From the NCBI GenBank assembly GCA_002717835.1, contig PBBV01000008.1:2152-51136 (forward strand): a DNA stretch of 48,985 nucleotides, given 5' to 3'. The notes beneath the pieces are model-generated. The model saw only the letters and a program-made list of their open reading frames with translations. It was not told where the DNA came from and searched no databases. Numbering within the stretch: the first letter of the stretch is position 1; each line of letters opens with the position of its first letter. This DNA is from Methanobacteriota archaeon (lineage in GTDB: Archaea; Thermoplasmatota; Poseidoniia; Poseidoniales; Thalassarchaeaceae). The position numbers were made by a program, and so were the translations under genes. Shown in pieces: positions 48,801 to 48,985 of the stretch.

Positions 48801-48894
48801 TGGGGATTATTTTCTTCGTTGAAATCGCTCGGCTGTCGGTCAATCCTGACCCTATTCTCGGAAGTACATCCACGCGCAAGACGTTGTTGTTCAT
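45868..48894 (-). CDS. purL: Phosphoribosylformylglycinamidine synthase synthetase subunit with fused N-terminal PurS-like repeats
   Basis: QTWSEHCSHK, KAETHNSP, DNGAGG, SESQERM, DNFCW, HDCSDGG. N-terminal DPIIE and NPMLE PurS-like motifs. Confidence 0.95.
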   Translation of the reverse strand: MNNNVLRVDVLPRIGSGLTDSRAISTKKIIPREIEAHVKTIRTSLGYTIQGDFNQEERSNAAMDLFSDPIIENYSLDGTIAAGILPDMGLSDITIQVGFKPGVTDNRAMAAEDGLRTLFPGKKTSVASTISYHFWFVNNIPDIEPIIAVLHNPMLEQCAILDSDERVNNLIPFPILPDQKKRKPETIDLEVEDEELIDISERGLLALSLREMKAIQSHYRDPVVKQKRQDLDLPPNAPTDAELECLAQTWSEHCSHKIFAAKIHHKDMETGESSTIDSLFKTHIMKPTLDIQKEVDWLLSIFHDNSGVIAWNENWSLCMKAETHNSPSALDPFGGAMTGIVGVNRDILGTGLGAKPIANTDVFCFGPPDFKGNIPKGLFHPSRVFRGVHAGVRAGGNESGIPTVNGAIIFDERYLGKPLVYCGTVGIMPRNLSDGRESHTKTPTPGDIVYMVGGRVGFDGIHGATFSSLELTEDSPSSAVQIGDPITQKKMLDMIIEARDEGLIQVITDNGAGGLSSSVGEMAELTGGADLDLAVVPLKQAGLSPWEILVSESQERMTVGVKPEDCDFFEALAELHEVEATAVGKFTDSGAFVVRMGNDVVAHLPISFLHDGCPQLELESEWFPPRHAEMILPEVSQMGKALTRLIARPNIASKEWGVRSYDHEVIAQSVIKPFCGVNHDAPGDAAVIAPIQGQTQGAVISNGIIPRYSDIDAYAMTAASIDEALRNAVCVGVDLDLIAGLDNFCWPDPVQSKKTPDGRYKLAQLVRANRALDDVCRAYKLPCISGKDSMKNDAKIHGEKISIPPTILFSLIGNHKDVRKAVSSDFKFPGDRIYLCGETHQELGASEIAFMFREETQGKSGIGGRVPEIDTSRNMAMYRALTDAMQKELVASAHDCSDGGLAVAISECCFGSDSGARVDISPIMSDCDQIEPWGALFGESLGRILVSVKPDKCKMFENIMTGHACYLLGVVEQGDIITITQGETALISTSMSALRNEWKDTLDGGGPQ

Positions 48895-48952
48895 CGGTGG
48901 TTCCCGACTAGGGGTCCGGCGGGACGTCCATCAACGATGCGCATGAGTTGCA

Positions 48953-48985
48953 TCAGAAGTCCATGCCGCCCATGCCGCCCATGCC
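48953..48985 (-). CDS. 3' end of a probable chaperonin (thermosome or GroEL), truncated by the window edge
   Basis: The minus strand reads ...GMGGMGGMDF*, the GGM-repeat tail typical of chaperonins. Only 10 codons are visible. Confidence 0.6.
   Translation of the reverse strand, partial: GMGGMGGMDF

Overview
This is an archaeal chromosomal segment, most consistent with Marine Group II (Ca. Poseidoniales). That placement is inferred from TFB, Topo VI A/B, Rpo12, an RFC small-subunit paralogue, split GuaAA, DUF2299, a proteorhodopsin and giant secreted proteins. The window is gene-dense, with about 36 CDS and two tRNAs (Arg-CCT, Asp-GTC). I saw no CRISPR array, integrase, transposase or intein. 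Housekeeping genes include panD, rlmH, pduO-type adenosyltransferase, icd, class II RNR, top6AB, purL/purQ and the 3' end of a probable chaperonin. The main points of interest: (1) a 1.7-kaa membrane-anchored protein with seven propeller-like repeats, a MIDAS/vWA domain inserted inside repeat 4, about 6 Ig-like domains, one TM helix and a short tail, resembling integrin-alpha architecture; (2) a 1.1-kaa helical/TPR protein with an intact C-terminal PIN domain, clustered with a DHH phosphoesterase and a Nudix hydrolase; (3) a >2370-aa secreted protein missing from the ORF track, with many DxDxDG Ca-binding repeats and a cupredoxin-like domain lacking copper ligands; (4) an Rpo12 with a tandem extra zinc ribbon; (5) an SdhA-like flavoprotein lacking catalytic residues; (6) a Phr/HSR1-like regulator with a palindromic operator just upstream; and (7) a bacterial/eukaryote-type glycerolipid acyltransferase. 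All calls come from reading motifs by eye; no database searches were run.
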